64,000 bases of DNA from Candidatus Micrarchaeota archaeon (GTDB lineage Archaea > Micrarchaeota > Micrarchaeia > Anstonellales > Bilamarchaeaceae). The stretch's first letter is position 1; every line of letters starts with the position of its first letter. The notes below the pieces were generated by a model. The model worked only from the letters and a program-made list of their open reading frames with translations. It made no database searches and had not been told where the DNA came from. This document shows, one piece after another, positions 9,229-19,048 of the stretch. The position numbers and the translations under genes were made by a program. The stretch is taken from positions 32,001 through 96,000 of the forward strand of contig JBBSVN010000010.1 in NCBI GenBank assembly GCA_038046765.1, in the 5' to 3' direction.

Positions 9229-12200
9229 AAAACATAAATTTTGGTTTATTTACGATACTCGGAATTCTTCTTTTCGTATTCATTAGCGGTTGCACTGTAA
9301 AACAAAATGCAACAATTGGCTGTTGTGTAATTGATACAACTAACCCAAACAGTCCAACTTGTAAAAGCTTAAAAGGAACTACATCTGCAGGAATTGCTTT
9401 AGTTAATACTAATTCATGCAATACAAATCTTGGAACTTGTAACATTACTATTGGTATTACGCCTCAAACAGGATCGCAATCCGGAGTTAATACTCAGGAT
9501 AATAATTATCAAACCACAACAGTAAATGCGCCAATATGTTCTAATCGTGCATTTACCTGTATTTCCGATAGTTGTTTTGCACAAGTCTGCGGTCCATTTA
9601 AGTATCAGCCACAACCCGTTCCAAGTTTAAGCGATACAGTTACATTTAGTAAATCGGGCAGTTCAAGTTATTCATTTAATTCAAATCGTGCGCCACTTTC
9701 AATAAATCTTTACGGGACAACGTGTTTAGTAGTTCCTGCAAATGAAACTTTAAAAAACGTTCTTGAAAACTCTAAAGGAAGCGCAGTAAACATTTTTAGG
9801 TTTGGAATTGGTAACACTTTTGAAGAATTTGAAACCTACAGATACTTGTTCCCATTTACTGATACTGCATGCAATATTAATACATTTTCAACAAATGTAA
9901 AAGACCGTTACTTAAATTACATGCTTAGTCCAACTGAATTCCAGAACATGAAAAGTGATTCTGGACGGCTAAGCGGATCTGGGTGGCGTAATACTGGAAC
10001 TGGCGGTGCTCCGGTGCAAGTAACATATCCATGGCAAAGAGTTGCAACAGATAATTTCTGCCCCCAGACAACTGTTTCTCCATTTTTAGGTTCAATAAAT
10101 AACTTCAAAGGAAGCGATGGAATAAATTATAAATTCAATTCATCAGTCTGGAGTTCTGTTTACCAGCCAAGTATAAGAAACCCCCCTACACAATCTCCCC
10201 CATCTACATTTTCGCGAGCACTTGATAAAACATTTTACCGGAATTTCCTTCCATTAATTTACGAAGATGATATGGCTCAAGGAATAACCAGCGCGTCTGG
10301 CCCAGTCCCAGCTCCATTTGAATGCTCAAGTCCAATTGAATGCAGTTCTGGATATTGTAATTTCGTTGATTATAGCCGGAATCTATGCAAGAAAACTTCG
10401 GGTAGTTCTACTACCTGGGTTGAATGCGGATGCAATTCTTTAGGTCTATCCTGCTTTGGAGGAACAACAACATTTAGTTACCTTCCTGGTGTTGGAAAAC
10501 CAAATTCTGCAGCTGATTTGAATGCTTATATTAATGCATATACGAGTGCGAACTTAAACGATCCTAATTCGCAGCCACAAGATTTCTATTCTAAAAATAA
10601 TCCTATTCTTACACTTAACTATGCTGGTGTTCAGCCTAGTTGCAGTGGTTTTCTTACTAGTTTAGTAGCTGGTGTACAAATAGTTGAAGATCAAGGAACA
10701 TGTGTTATTGCAGATGATGGGATTGCAACTTGTACGCTTAGCGCTGGTTATAATGGAAATGATGAACAAACAGAAAGTCTCACTTCAAGAGGCCCGGCAA
10801 CAGTCCGTGTAAAAAATCTCAATTCGTTTTCTTTCCCAAAAGGAATCCAATTATTTGGTGAAATTAAAACGGGCGGTTATGTTGGTTATACTCTTTTATC
10901 TGAGCAACAATTGCAAGCTAGCGATTTTGGACGAAGATGCGGACCACTAACTAACGGAGTAGATTATGTGATTAAGCAACCAAACAAGATACAGTACGGT
11001 AGGAATACTGGTCAACCATCAGATTACGAAGAACCTGATAGCAATGGCCCAGTTAGTAATGCATATGCTGTTGGGACAATAATTCGGCCGCCACCAGCAC
11101 AAGAAACATCGCCTCCTGCATGGCTTAATAGTGATGATAGTACTTTTGCGGATGTTATTCTATTTACAGGAGCGCAAAGCCTAAAAACTTCACCAAGTAG
11201 TTGCGATGATGAAGGGGGATGGGATCATTATATTTATGCTCAACAATATATTTTCTTAAAAGCAAATAATGGTAAAATCGGGACATGTGATTTAGACTCT
11301 AATTCTCCAGGTTTGCCTGTTACAAAATCATTTGGCTGGTGCGAAGCATGCAGTTATGCGACGCTTTCTAAACAAATTGTGACTTCATCTGCTGCAGCTT
11401 ATAATCCCTCTGCAATTACCTACAGCAGGAATTTTGAAAATCCCCAAACGCAGACAAAAGTTACTCCTCTTCTTTCGAATGGAAATCCAACCAAGTATCG
11501 GTCAGCAGTAAGTAATCCTGTTGAACCATATCTGGAGCAAAAGCAGGATAAATATTTGCAAGAAGGAGTTCTTCCTGTTTTTGATTTGTCTGATCAAGGC
11601 AATTGGGTTTCTAAAACCGCAATGTTAAATCCGCAAGATCCTTCGCAGTCAGCTTCTGACGGTGCTTTGATATCTGCGAATTTATTTAGTAATTATATGG
11701 ATGCATACCCCTACATAAAAAATAATGTCGGACCTTCCATGGTTATTGTTGGGAATATAAGTCTTAGTCAACTTTCCGGTTCAAGTTTACCCTCTTCAAT
11801 CGTTTTTAGACAAGTAAGAAGACCAAGCGCTCAAACTATTTATGATTTACAAGTTGAGGGTGTTGGGCCAAATTTCATCTTTGATGAAACCCGCAATACT
11901 GTATCTAATCCCAACCCACCCGTAGATACCAGGTCATCAACCCAAATAGAAAACATTCCTGTAGGAAATTATATTTATAAAATACAGGTTGATAAATCAG
12001 TTACAGTTGTTCCATGTCTATCTGGCCCTCCAAAACCGTATACTGAATCTTTTAATGTCCAAATAAACATTTTAGATCTTAATAATAACCAAGTTTCACC
12101 TACAATAAATCGTCCAATTCCAGTTAGTATACCTAACAATTGCCCAATTGTTGCCCTAACTGGTCCATCAACTACTGTGCAAATCCCAGTTGTTCCGTTC

Positions 12201-13559
12201 TTAACTATATTTAAAGAAAGAATTGATTCAGCAAAGTTAGCCTGCTCAAAATGCTTACTTGGTTTTAGAATTTTAAATAATAATTTGCAAGGGTCGACTA
12301 GAAGAGTTGCTGATATTGCAACTTTAAACGCAGTCGATGCATACGATCTTAGTCAAAAATCAGATACAACTAAAACAATCCTGGACAAAATTGATTTTGT
12401 CGCATACAGTTTCTATCCGGATGAATACACGCAGGAAGATAATAGTTTATGTGGAAGTACTGCAAACAATCAAAATATAATTTCACAGTTAGAAAATCTT
12501 TCAAGGACTACGCTTTACGATTCTGGCAAGCTTTCACTTATAAGCGACTTTTCAATAAACTCTGCTGATTCGCTTTGCTGGAGCGATGCACAAAAACAAA
12601 ACTTTATTTCTTATATGCTAACAAAACAAAGAACGCTTTCAAGTGCGGGATTAATGGGTGTAATATATTCTGATGTTTCCGGATTAAAATCAGGCGGGAC
12701 ACCTTATACAAACACAAATGCATTTTGTGATCTTAATTCGGGTAGTAAATCATTTGTTGCTGACCCTCCTGTTACTGTTTATACTAAAATTTATACTAGT
12801 CCATCTGTTACTTGTGAAGAATGCAATGAATTAGATTACACACTTGGAAAATGCAATTCTGCTGATACTAGTCCTGTTCCAAGAAGCGAATTATGCGATA
12901 ACAATGTTGCCTGTACTTTGCCAAATAGTGCTACACGAAGTCCTACAACACAATTTAAATGTCCTGAAAAAACAATTCCAGACCCATGCGTTCCATGTTC
13001 GAGTGTTCAAAATAGTTTAGATTGTAAAATCTATAGAAGCGATGGAACTGTTAATCAGGTACCTTATGACATTAATACACTTAATGATTTATCCGCAGAT
13101 GTTATCGCAAGTATTCCTCGTCAAACAAACAGTGTTTGCTGTCTTTTAGAAACTAATTCGCAAGCTAGCTCGGGTGCAGCTGGGGGAGTTCAACAACCAG
13201 CTACCCGAAGCTATACTTATGTAAAACAAACTGCTGCTGGAAGAAACGTTGCGCCAATTGTTTTTTCAGTTTCTGGAGACCCGGCTGATGATTGCGGTAT
13301 TCCGGATTCAAGTAGTATCGGTTCTAATATCTGCGGTTCTGCAACTCCAATTAAAAATTATCAGATAAGTTGTACTCTTGTTGATAATAGTGCAGTTGTA
13401 AATCCATTAGCTGGCGGGAGTGGAACGGGTGTTATTAATCCGGCTGGGGGCGGAAGCCCACCTACTCCTGGCCCAGGCGGTGGAGGGGGAATAATTTCTC
13501 CGGGTGCTGGCGGAAGCGGAGGTAGCAGTGGAAATGCTGGTGGAAGTGGAGGGAACTAA
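9225..13559 (+). CDS. Giant Cys-rich surface lipoprotein or adhesin with a degenerate GH-like TIM-barrel region and Gly-rich tail
   Basis: Signal ending FISGC (lipobox-like). Many paired Cys. Segments KIDFVAYSFYP, GKLSLISDFS, WSDAQKQ and GLMGVIY. C-terminal Gly/Ser/Pro tail. Confidence 0.65.
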   Translation: MKNINFGLFTILGILLFVFISGCTVKQNATIGCCVIDTTNPNSPTCKSLKGTTSAGIALVNTNSCNTNLGTCNITIGITPQTGSQSGVNTQDNNYQTTTVNAPICSNRAFTCISDSCFAQVCGPFKYQPQPVPSLSDTVTFSKSGSSSYSFNSNRAPLSINLYGTTCLVVPANETLKNVLENSKGSAVNIFRFGIGNTFEEFETYRYLFPFTDTACNINTFSTNVKDRYLNYMLSPTEFQNMKSDSGRLSGSGWRNTGTGGAPVQVTYPWQRVATDNFCPQTTVSPFLGSINNFKGSDGINYKFNSSVWSSVYQPSIRNPPTQSPPSTFSRALDKTFYRNFLPLIYEDDMAQGITSASGPVPAPFECSSPIECSSGYCNFVDYSRNLCKKTSGSSTTWVECGCNSLGLSCFGGTTTFSYLPGVGKPNSAADLNAYINAYTSANLNDPNSQPQDFYSKNNPILTLNYAGVQPSCSGFLTSLVAGVQIVEDQGTCVIADDGIATCTLSAGYNGNDEQTESLTSRGPATVRVKNLNSFSFPKGIQLFGEIKTGGYVGYTLLSEQQLQASDFGRRCGPLTNGVDYVIKQPNKIQYGRNTGQPSDYEEPDSNGPVSNAYAVGTIIRPPPAQETSPPAWLNSDDSTFADVILFTGAQSLKTSPSSCDDEGGWDHYIYAQQYIFLKANNGKIGTCDLDSNSPGLPVTKSFGWCEACSYATLSKQIVTSSAAAYNPSAITYSRNFENPQTQTKVTPLLSNGNPTKYRSAVSNPVEPYLEQKQDKYLQEGVLPVFDLSDQGNWVSKTAMLNPQDPSQSASDGALISANLFSNYMDAYPYIKNNVGPSMVIVGNISLSQLSGSSLPSSIVFRQVRRPSAQTIYDLQVEGVGPNFIFDETRNTVSNPNPPVDTRSSTQIENIPVGNYIYKIQVDKSVTVVPCLSGPPKPYTESFNVQINILDLNNNQVSPTINRPIPVSIPNNCPIVALTGPSTTVQIPVVPFLTIFKERIDSAKLACSKCLLGFRILNNNLQGSTRRVADIATLNAVDAYDLSQKSDTTKTILDKIDFVAYSFYPDEYTQEDNSLCGSTANNQNIISQLENLSRTTLYDSGKLSLISDFSINSADSLCWSDAQKQNFISYMLTKQRTLSSAGLMGVIYSDVSGLKSGGTPYTNTNAFCDLNSGSKSFVADPPVTVYTKIYTSPSVTCEECNELDYTLGKCNSADTSPVPRSELCDNNVACTLPNSATRSPTTQFKCPEKTIPDPCVPCSSVQNSLDCKIYRSDGTVNQVPYDINTLNDLSADVIASIPRQTNSVCCLLETNSQASSGAAGGVQQPATRSYTYVKQTAAGRNVAPIVFSVSGDPADDCGIPDSSSIGSNICGSATPIKNYQISCTLVDNSAVVNPLAGGSGTGVINPAGGGSPPTPGPGGGGGIISPGAGGSGGSSGNAGGSGGN

Positions 13560-13629
13560 ATTTATATTCTTTTAGTTTGATAACTTTACAATCTTATAAT
13601 CTTATCTTAGGAATTACTTAAGAGGTGCG

Positions 13630-14940
13630 TTGATAATGACTAGAAACTTAGTTCATTTTGGTATAAATAATACTAAGAGAGCAGAAATAGTGAGTCGTTC
13701 AGAATCAAATTCGCCTAATTTTAGAATTAAATCCGTTTTAAGAAAACTTGCTCTTGCGTCAAAATTAGCCGTAGCAACTATTTTTGGTATTTCTGCAATA
13801 TCCGCATGTAGTGAAACTCCTGCCAATTCTTCAATGAACGATCCTAAAGATGGTTCACAACAAAACATAGATGCCGCAATAAATGATGGGTCACAAAGCA
13901 AGGATGCAATCTCAATTGACAGATATTTAGATGGCCAGCAAGCAATCGATAGTAATCCGAACGATAGACAAATTTCTATTGATGGCAGTCAATCTAATGA
14001 TCTCAATAATTCTTGGCCGCTTTCTTTTAATTTTTGCCATAATGTAACTGTTACTAACCCATCTAATAATCCAACCCTCGAGATCTTAGCCATGGATATT
14101 CTCGCAGCGAATTTCACACAGACAAAAGCAGATATGGCTGATATGCAAATGCATCCTGGAACGTGCGCAAACCCCGATACATCTAGACAAATGCCCATAT
14201 CACCCGAACTTTTTGCGCCAAATCAGTTAAGAGATGACAATGGTAATTATAAAATATGGTTCAGATTTAATTTACTTTCTTTCGATTTTCCAGTATCTCT
14301 AGCCATATACCATGGTGACCCCTTAGTAAACAATAATGTACGTCCTAGCTCTGTTTTCGTAAATTTATATGCAGCAGCTAATGGTATAAACTGGACTTCC
14401 ATTCTAGGAACATCTATATTACCCTGTGCTAATGATAATACTGCTCGTACCTGCTTTTCTGGGCGCATAAGTGTGCTTTCCACCCCTATTAATCCTAACT
14501 TAAATGGTAGAATTCTTGAAGCAAGAACTTTTGGCATGAATGGAAGTTCGATGATCTTTGGCATAAGTGATTTTGGGGGTGGATATACTTATGACGCAGG
14601 ATACGCATCCAGTATTTTTGTAATAGGTAATTCTCTACAGGCAAGCGATGGCACTGGAATTTCAATGCAAAGCGGGTTACAAAGACCTCAAAATGCATGG
14701 ACTCTAACAAGTATTGCGTTTCCCAATAATGCTATGGTTCAGGCAACTGACGAAAATAGTAATCTAGTTAGTATATCCTCAAATCTGCCTCGCCCCTCAA
14801 ATGGAATAACGCGTCCTAATCAAATGATTTTTATTGCTGAACCTCAAAGCTCTGGTGGGCAGCAAGGATCCTTTCTTTACGTAAGGAGTAGGTTCATATC
14901 CTCTGCCTCAGTAAGCGTGGGTCCAGAACTAACAAAATAG
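13630..14940 (+). CDS. Putative lipoprotein with Asp-rich linker and DUF2341-like/lectin-like domain
   Basis: Delayed hydrophobic stretch ending ISAC. DG/DA-rich linker. NVTVTN, KADMADMQMH, KIWFRF, IYHGDP and terminal YVRS...VSVGPE resemble DUF2341-domain proteins. Confidence 0.55.
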   Translation: MIMTRNLVHFGINNTKRAEIVSRSESNSPNFRIKSVLRKLALASKLAVATIFGISAISACSETPANSSMNDPKDGSQQNIDAAINDGSQSKDAISIDRYLDGQQAIDSNPNDRQISIDGSQSNDLNNSWPLSFNFCHNVTVTNPSNNPTLEILAMDILAANFTQTKADMADMQMHPGTCANPDTSRQMPISPELFAPNQLRDDNGNYKIWFRFNLLSFDFPVSLAIYHGDPLVNNNVRPSSVFVNLYAAANGINWTSILGTSILPCANDNTARTCFSGRISVLSTPINPNLNGRILEARTFGMNGSSMIFGISDFGGGYTYDAGYASSIFVIGNSLQASDGTGISMQSGLQRPQNAWTLTSIAFPNNAMVQATDENSNLVSISSNLPRPSNGITRPNQMIFIAEPQSSGGQQGSFLYVRSRFISSASVSVGPELTK

Positions 14941-14947
14941 TAACTGT

Positions 14948-14964
14948 ATTCCAGTAACTGGAAT
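14948..14964. terminator. Perfect inverted repeat between convergent genes (possible terminator or binding site)
   Basis: ATTCCAGT-A-ACTGGAAT followed by a T-rich tract. Confidence 0.45.
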
Positions 14965-14971
14965 GTTTATT

Positions 14972-15775
14972 TTATTTAACTTTCAAAGAATTATTTATTT
15001 CCTTTAATTTGTCTATATAATATTGTTCTGATTCGTATGAAAATCTAAACTTTCCCTCGCTTTCTAAAAATCTGCTTGCTTCAATTACCCACTGCCGTAA
15101 TTTAATAAAATAAGTTGTATCTTGGATTGTCTCGCCATCTTTTAGATAAGGTTTAGTATTATTGATAAAAACAATTCCTATCGATCTTAACTCTAATTCG
15201 CTTAATCTTTTATTTGTTCCATCACGTACTATTTCTAAAGGACAAGAATAAATTCCATACATTAAATCTGGTATAGCTGGTTTTACTAATTGTGTTCCAT
15301 CTGCCAGTAACATCTCATCATAAGTCCAAGCTCCAACTCCCCATTTTAATTTTGGATTTCCTCCCCATATTACGTGCGCATTGTTTGCCATGTTTCCGTT
15401 ACCATCTGTGTTTAATCTTCTGATAAATTCAGAGTCATTAATACTCATCGGTGCAGAAAGTGCCTTAGGCGTTCCAGATTCAAATGGGTGCACATGACCA
15501 CTATTAACATTGTCGCAATCTCTATATCCAATTCGTGTTTCACCACCTTTTCCAAGTCTTACTTCTAAGATTTTTGGATAAATAATACTTCCTGTTTTTG
15601 GATCATATTTCTTTTCAAAAATAAAGCCAGTTTCGTTTGGAATATTTTTTGTAGCTTCCCGGATTACTGATTCAGCAAGCGTCTGGCAAATAATCACTCT
15701 TCTGATTGCTCGTACTGAGTATGCTGCTCTTCTAGCTATCGGAATTAATGTTCTTAGATATAAGTTGTCTGACAT
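14972..15775 (-). CDS. JAB/MPN-like metallo-hydrolase domain protein
   Basis: PNETGFIF (E), GHVHP (HxH) and downstream S..D, consistent with a JAMM-like motif with extended spacing. Confidence 0.5.
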   Translation of the reverse strand: MSDNLYLRTLIPIARRAAYSVRAIRRVIICQTLAESVIREATKNIPNETGFIFEKKYDPKTGSIIYPKILEVRLGKGGETRIGYRDCDNVNSGHVHPFESGTPKALSAPMSINDSEFIRRLNTDGNGNMANNAHVIWGGNPKLKWGVGAWTYDEMLLADGTQLVKPAIPDLMYGIYSCPLEIVRDGTNKRLSELELRSIGIVFINNTKPYLKDGETIQDTTYFIKLRQWVIEASRFLESEGKFRFSYESEQYYIDKLKEINNSLKVK

Positions 15776-15787
15776 AATAAATCAGCA

Positions 15788-17389
15788 TTACGCCACAGCA
15801 AATAATGGCGGTATTCGCATTTCAATAATAATTGCTTGTGCTTTTTTCTTCCCTTCTTCTCCTTTTTCGCTTAGTCTTTGCAGAATTCTATGTGTGAGTT
15901 CTCCTCTTTTATTTATTATGCTTAAAGTCCAGCCTGCTACTTCAAGATCCTCTTCTGTGCCTTTTTGGAGAATTAATTCTGCTGTTCTTTTTACTGCTTC
16001 TTTATCATCAAACTCTTTGTAAACATACATGCTTAATGCCGGATAATTATCTTCTAATTCTGCAGCTTTCTTTAATAATTTTTGAGCAGTCAACATGTCC
16101 TTATTTTCTTTGTATTTTTTACCTAGGTATATTGCTAAATTTGCATAAATTATTTTAGCTTCTTCTACGCATCCTCTTTCTAAAAGGATTTCTGCACAAG
16201 AAAATGCTTTTTCGAAATCTACATTTTCATAAATCTTTGCTGCAAATATAATTGCTTCATCTGTACCTAATTCAAATGCCACATCCGCGCATTTTTGTTT
16301 GTAATTCCAGTAACTAGATTTAAGATATGAAAAATTTACGTTTCCTAAAAATTCGGCAGCTTCTTTTATCTTTTCTAAATCTTTTCCTGCTTCGTTTAAA
16401 CGTACAGCAAACTCAACTAATTTTTCTTCCTCTACTTTTGTCAGTGCCTGTTTTTTTGTTTTCATGTATTCTAATAATTTTAATATTCCAGAGTTATCAA
16501 TTATCTGGGGTAAAAATTTGTCCAAATCCCAGATTAAATCCAGCGTTGCTTTGTATTTATCATCTTCTGTTCTTCCATATTTTTCAATAACATGTATTAC
16601 TCCTTCGATTGTACCAGTAGAAATTGCGTAAAAAAATCGTAAATTATTTGTTAATTTAATTGTGGAATCATCTTGCTCATACTTTCCAGTTGTGTCAAAT
16701 CTTGCATAAAATTTAATTCTGTCTGATGCATCAACAAGTAGACCTCTGCATCTAACAACTTCTTCGTGCATTCCAAGTTTCTCATAAATTCTCATGCCAA
16801 AATATTCTTTTTCTCCTTTCTCTTCCATTTGTAAAAGTGACATCATTCCTCTTCCAATTCCTTCTGTGCCAACTTCTGCTGCTGACAAAAACATTCTGTG
16901 TTGTTGATGCGCTTCTGTCCATTCTGTTTCAGGTTTTGGACTTACTTTTATGCTTTGTTTCCCGCTTAAATGATCTGCAACAAGTTTTGCTGTGTTTGGA
17001 CTTTCTTTAATAAGTGCCATTGCTGCCAAATATTTTCCATATGAACCAAATGATTCTAATCTATCACAAGGAGTGCGCATTTCTTGGCTCATACCGTCTA
17101 TTGCGAGAACTCGGAGTTTGGCATAACTTGATTCGTTAGTGTCTCTTTGTTCTACATCTTTAACAAATGCCCTAGCTTCTTTTACAAGCCCGTTTTCTAT
17201 AAGAACATCAACTGCTCGAATATGGCTAATTTCTCTTAGTTTTGTTGATAACTCAATTACTTCAAGTATCCTATGAACTCGAGCTGCAGCATCTACTTTA
17301 CCTTCTGAATGATACGTTTCAAACGCTCTTCTGTAATCTCCTTTATCTTCAAAAGCTTTTCCAAAGTTGCGAGTAATAGTTCTTGTCAT
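15788..17389 (-). CDS. Hypothetical alpha-solenoid (TPR/clathrin-like) protein
   Basis: 533-aa ORF with repeated helical A/E/K/Y patterns (GDYRRAFETY, AAKIYE..DFEKAF). Confidence 0.55.
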   Translation of the reverse strand: MTRTITRNFGKAFEDKGDYRRAFETYHSEGKVDAAARVHRILEVIELSTKLREISHIRAVDVLIENGLVKEARAFVKDVEQRDTNESSYAKLRVLAIDGMSQEMRTPCDRLESFGSYGKYLAAMALIKESPNTAKLVADHLSGKQSIKVSPKPETEWTEAHQQHRMFLSAAEVGTEGIGRGMMSLLQMEEKGEKEYFGMRIYEKLGMHEEVVRCRGLLVDASDRIKFYARFDTTGKYEQDDSTIKLTNNLRFFYAISTGTIEGVIHVIEKYGRTEDDKYKATLDLIWDLDKFLPQIIDNSGILKLLEYMKTKKQALTKVEEEKLVEFAVRLNEAGKDLEKIKEAAEFLGNVNFSYLKSSYWNYKQKCADVAFELGTDEAIIFAAKIYENVDFEKAFSCAEILLERGCVEEAKIIYANLAIYLGKKYKENKDMLTAQKLLKKAAELEDNYPALSMYVYKEFDDKEAVKRTAELILQKGTEEDLEVAGWTLSIINKRGELTHRILQRLSEKGEEGKKKAQAIIIEMRIPPLFAVA

Positions 17390-17511
17390 AATACTATTGC
17401 CTCAAACGAGTTTAAATAACTTTCTATCATCTTTTATAACATAATCTTTCAAATTATCAACTATTTTCACTTATTTAAAGCTTTAATAACATTTCGCTCC
17501 ATTATAAATTT

Positions 17512-18243
17512 ATGAATCCAATTTCAAGAGAACGAGTAATCATCGAAGCTTCAGCCCGCGTACTTACAAGTCGATATCACAAGGATTTACCATTTGAAAA
17601 AGCAGTCAATTTAGTAGAAAGAAATCGTGCTTTAGATAAACCGGCATTGTATGCTGGAGCAAATAAAAACATTGCAGATTTTCTTGCTACTGGGTGTAAA
17701 ATGGGTGTTTTTGTAGATCCAATGTACTCTCAAACCCGTCCATCTTCTGGTCAAACTAATTTACAATTATTTTTAGAAAATTTTAGGTCTTCTCTTTCGA
17801 TGATTGAAGGAGCAACAAATCCTACGATAAAGGAAGAAGGTAACATAAAAAAACGATCTGGAAAGTGGATTATGCGTTTTTATTTCCATAAAGAAGAACG
17901 AACTGTTGCTTGTTATGGCTCAAGTATAACTAGTCTTGGGGTTATGAGTGAGCCACCCGAATTAGAATCCGGAGTAACTCATTATACTACAGTTCATTTT
18001 CCTAGCGAGTGGAGAGAAAGTTTTACTCATCCGCATTTACTTTCTCTGGTTGTTCCTGGTGGTCATCTTGAAACATGGCATCCGCATACGGTACAACCAA
18101 TGCTAGACTTATATAAATTTGAGCTATTACATAGAAACGGATCTAATGATCAAATTAAGGCAATGCACGGAGAGCTTACTGTTAATGGTGTTTCCCTTTA
18201 CAATACACTTTTTGAATATGCTATTTTTAGGAAAAATGCGTAA
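17512..18243 (+). CDS. Hypothetical protein
   Basis: 243-aa ORF with an upstream TTTAAA box. No family recognised. Confidence 0.6.
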   Translation: MNPISRERVIIEASARVLTSRYHKDLPFEKAVNLVERNRALDKPALYAGANKNIADFLATGCKMGVFVDPMYSQTRPSSGQTNLQLFLENFRSSLSMIEGATNPTIKEEGNIKKRSGKWIMRFYFHKEERTVACYGSSITSLGVMSEPPELESGVTHYTTVHFPSEWRESFTHPHLLSLVVPGGHLETWHPHTVQPMLDLYKFELLHRNGSNDQIKAMHGELTVNGVSLYNTLFEYAIFRKNA

Positions 18244-18302
18244 AATATCGAAACATTTATAAATAAGTTTTGATATGAATTAATATGAAAAAGTAGGTTT
18301 AG

Positions 18303-18584
18303 GTGAATAATTTGTACGAACACGTATCTATAATCGGTGAAAGAGGTCAAATTACAATTCCAAAAGACATTCGGGAAGTTGAAGGACTTAAAGAAAAAGA
18401 TAGAGTAATAATTAAAATTGAAGATAATAAAATAGTTATCGAAAAAATCACTACTGTTCAAAAGAAAAAACAAATTGAGTTACTAAAAGAAGGGTACAAG
18501 AAACTTGGTAAATTGTCCCTTGAAATAACAAAAGAATTTGAACATGCTGATAAAAGTGCAAACAGGTTTTTAGATGATTATTAA
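18303..18584 (+). CDS. AbrB/MazE/SpoVT-family antitoxin
   Basis: IGERGQITIPKDIRE..GLKE.D motif; overlaps the toxin gene. Confidence 0.9.
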   Translation: MNNLYEHVSIIGERGQITIPKDIREVEGLKEKDRVIIKIEDNKIVIEKITTVQKKKQIELLKEGYKKLGKLSLEITKEFEHADKSANRFLDDY

Positions 18585-18921
18585 ACGTGGCGATGTAATT
18601 CGAGCTGACCTTGAACCAGTAAAAGGTTCAGAACAAGGTAAAATTAGACCCTGTTTAGTAATCCAAAATGACATTGGTAATTCCTTTAGTACAACAACAA
18701 TAATTGCTCCGCTTACATCACGGATCGAAAATGAAGATTATCCATTTGTAGTTTTTGTAAAAGCTGGTGAAGGTGGGCTCCCAAAAGATAGCCTAGTTTT
18801 ACTTAATCAAATAAGAACTATTTCAATGGAGAATCGGATTTTAGATAAATTAGGTTCACTATCAAACGAGACGATGAAAAAAGTTGACAATGCTTTAAAA
18901 GTTAGTTTGTCTTTGGATTAA
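18574..18921 (+). CDS. mazF: MazF/PemK-family endoribonuclease toxin
   Basis: KRGDV..ADLEPVKGSEQGKIRPCLVIQND and GGLPKDS..LLNQIRTI. Confidence 0.93.
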   Translation: MIIKRGDVIRADLEPVKGSEQGKIRPCLVIQNDIGNSFSTTTIIAPLTSRIENEDYPFVVFVKAGEGGLPKDSLVLLNQIRTISMENRILDKLGSLSNETMKKVDNALKVSLSLD

Positions 18922-18939
18922 TCAATTAATAGCAATCAA

Positions 18940-19001
18940 CTTTGAGCCTTAAGCTGCGAATTCATATTTATTTGCTCATTGCCCAAAGCTCACTGCTCAA
19001 T
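18940..19001. repeat. Second, inverted and shorter copy of the heptamer hairpin element
   Basis: CTTTGAGCCTTAAGCTG is the near reverse complement of CAGCTCAAGGCTCAAAC (6025-6041). GCTCATT GCCCAAA GCTCACT GCTCAAT mirrors the 5970-5997 arm. Confidence 0.75.
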
Positions 19002-19048
19002 AGTTAATATCGCTACCTTTAAAAACCTAAAGCGAGTTTTCACTTTTT

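Noticed and set aside
13380..13559. GC-rich stretch as a foreign insert
   Set aside because: Explained by Gly/Pro codons of the lipoprotein's low-complexity tail.
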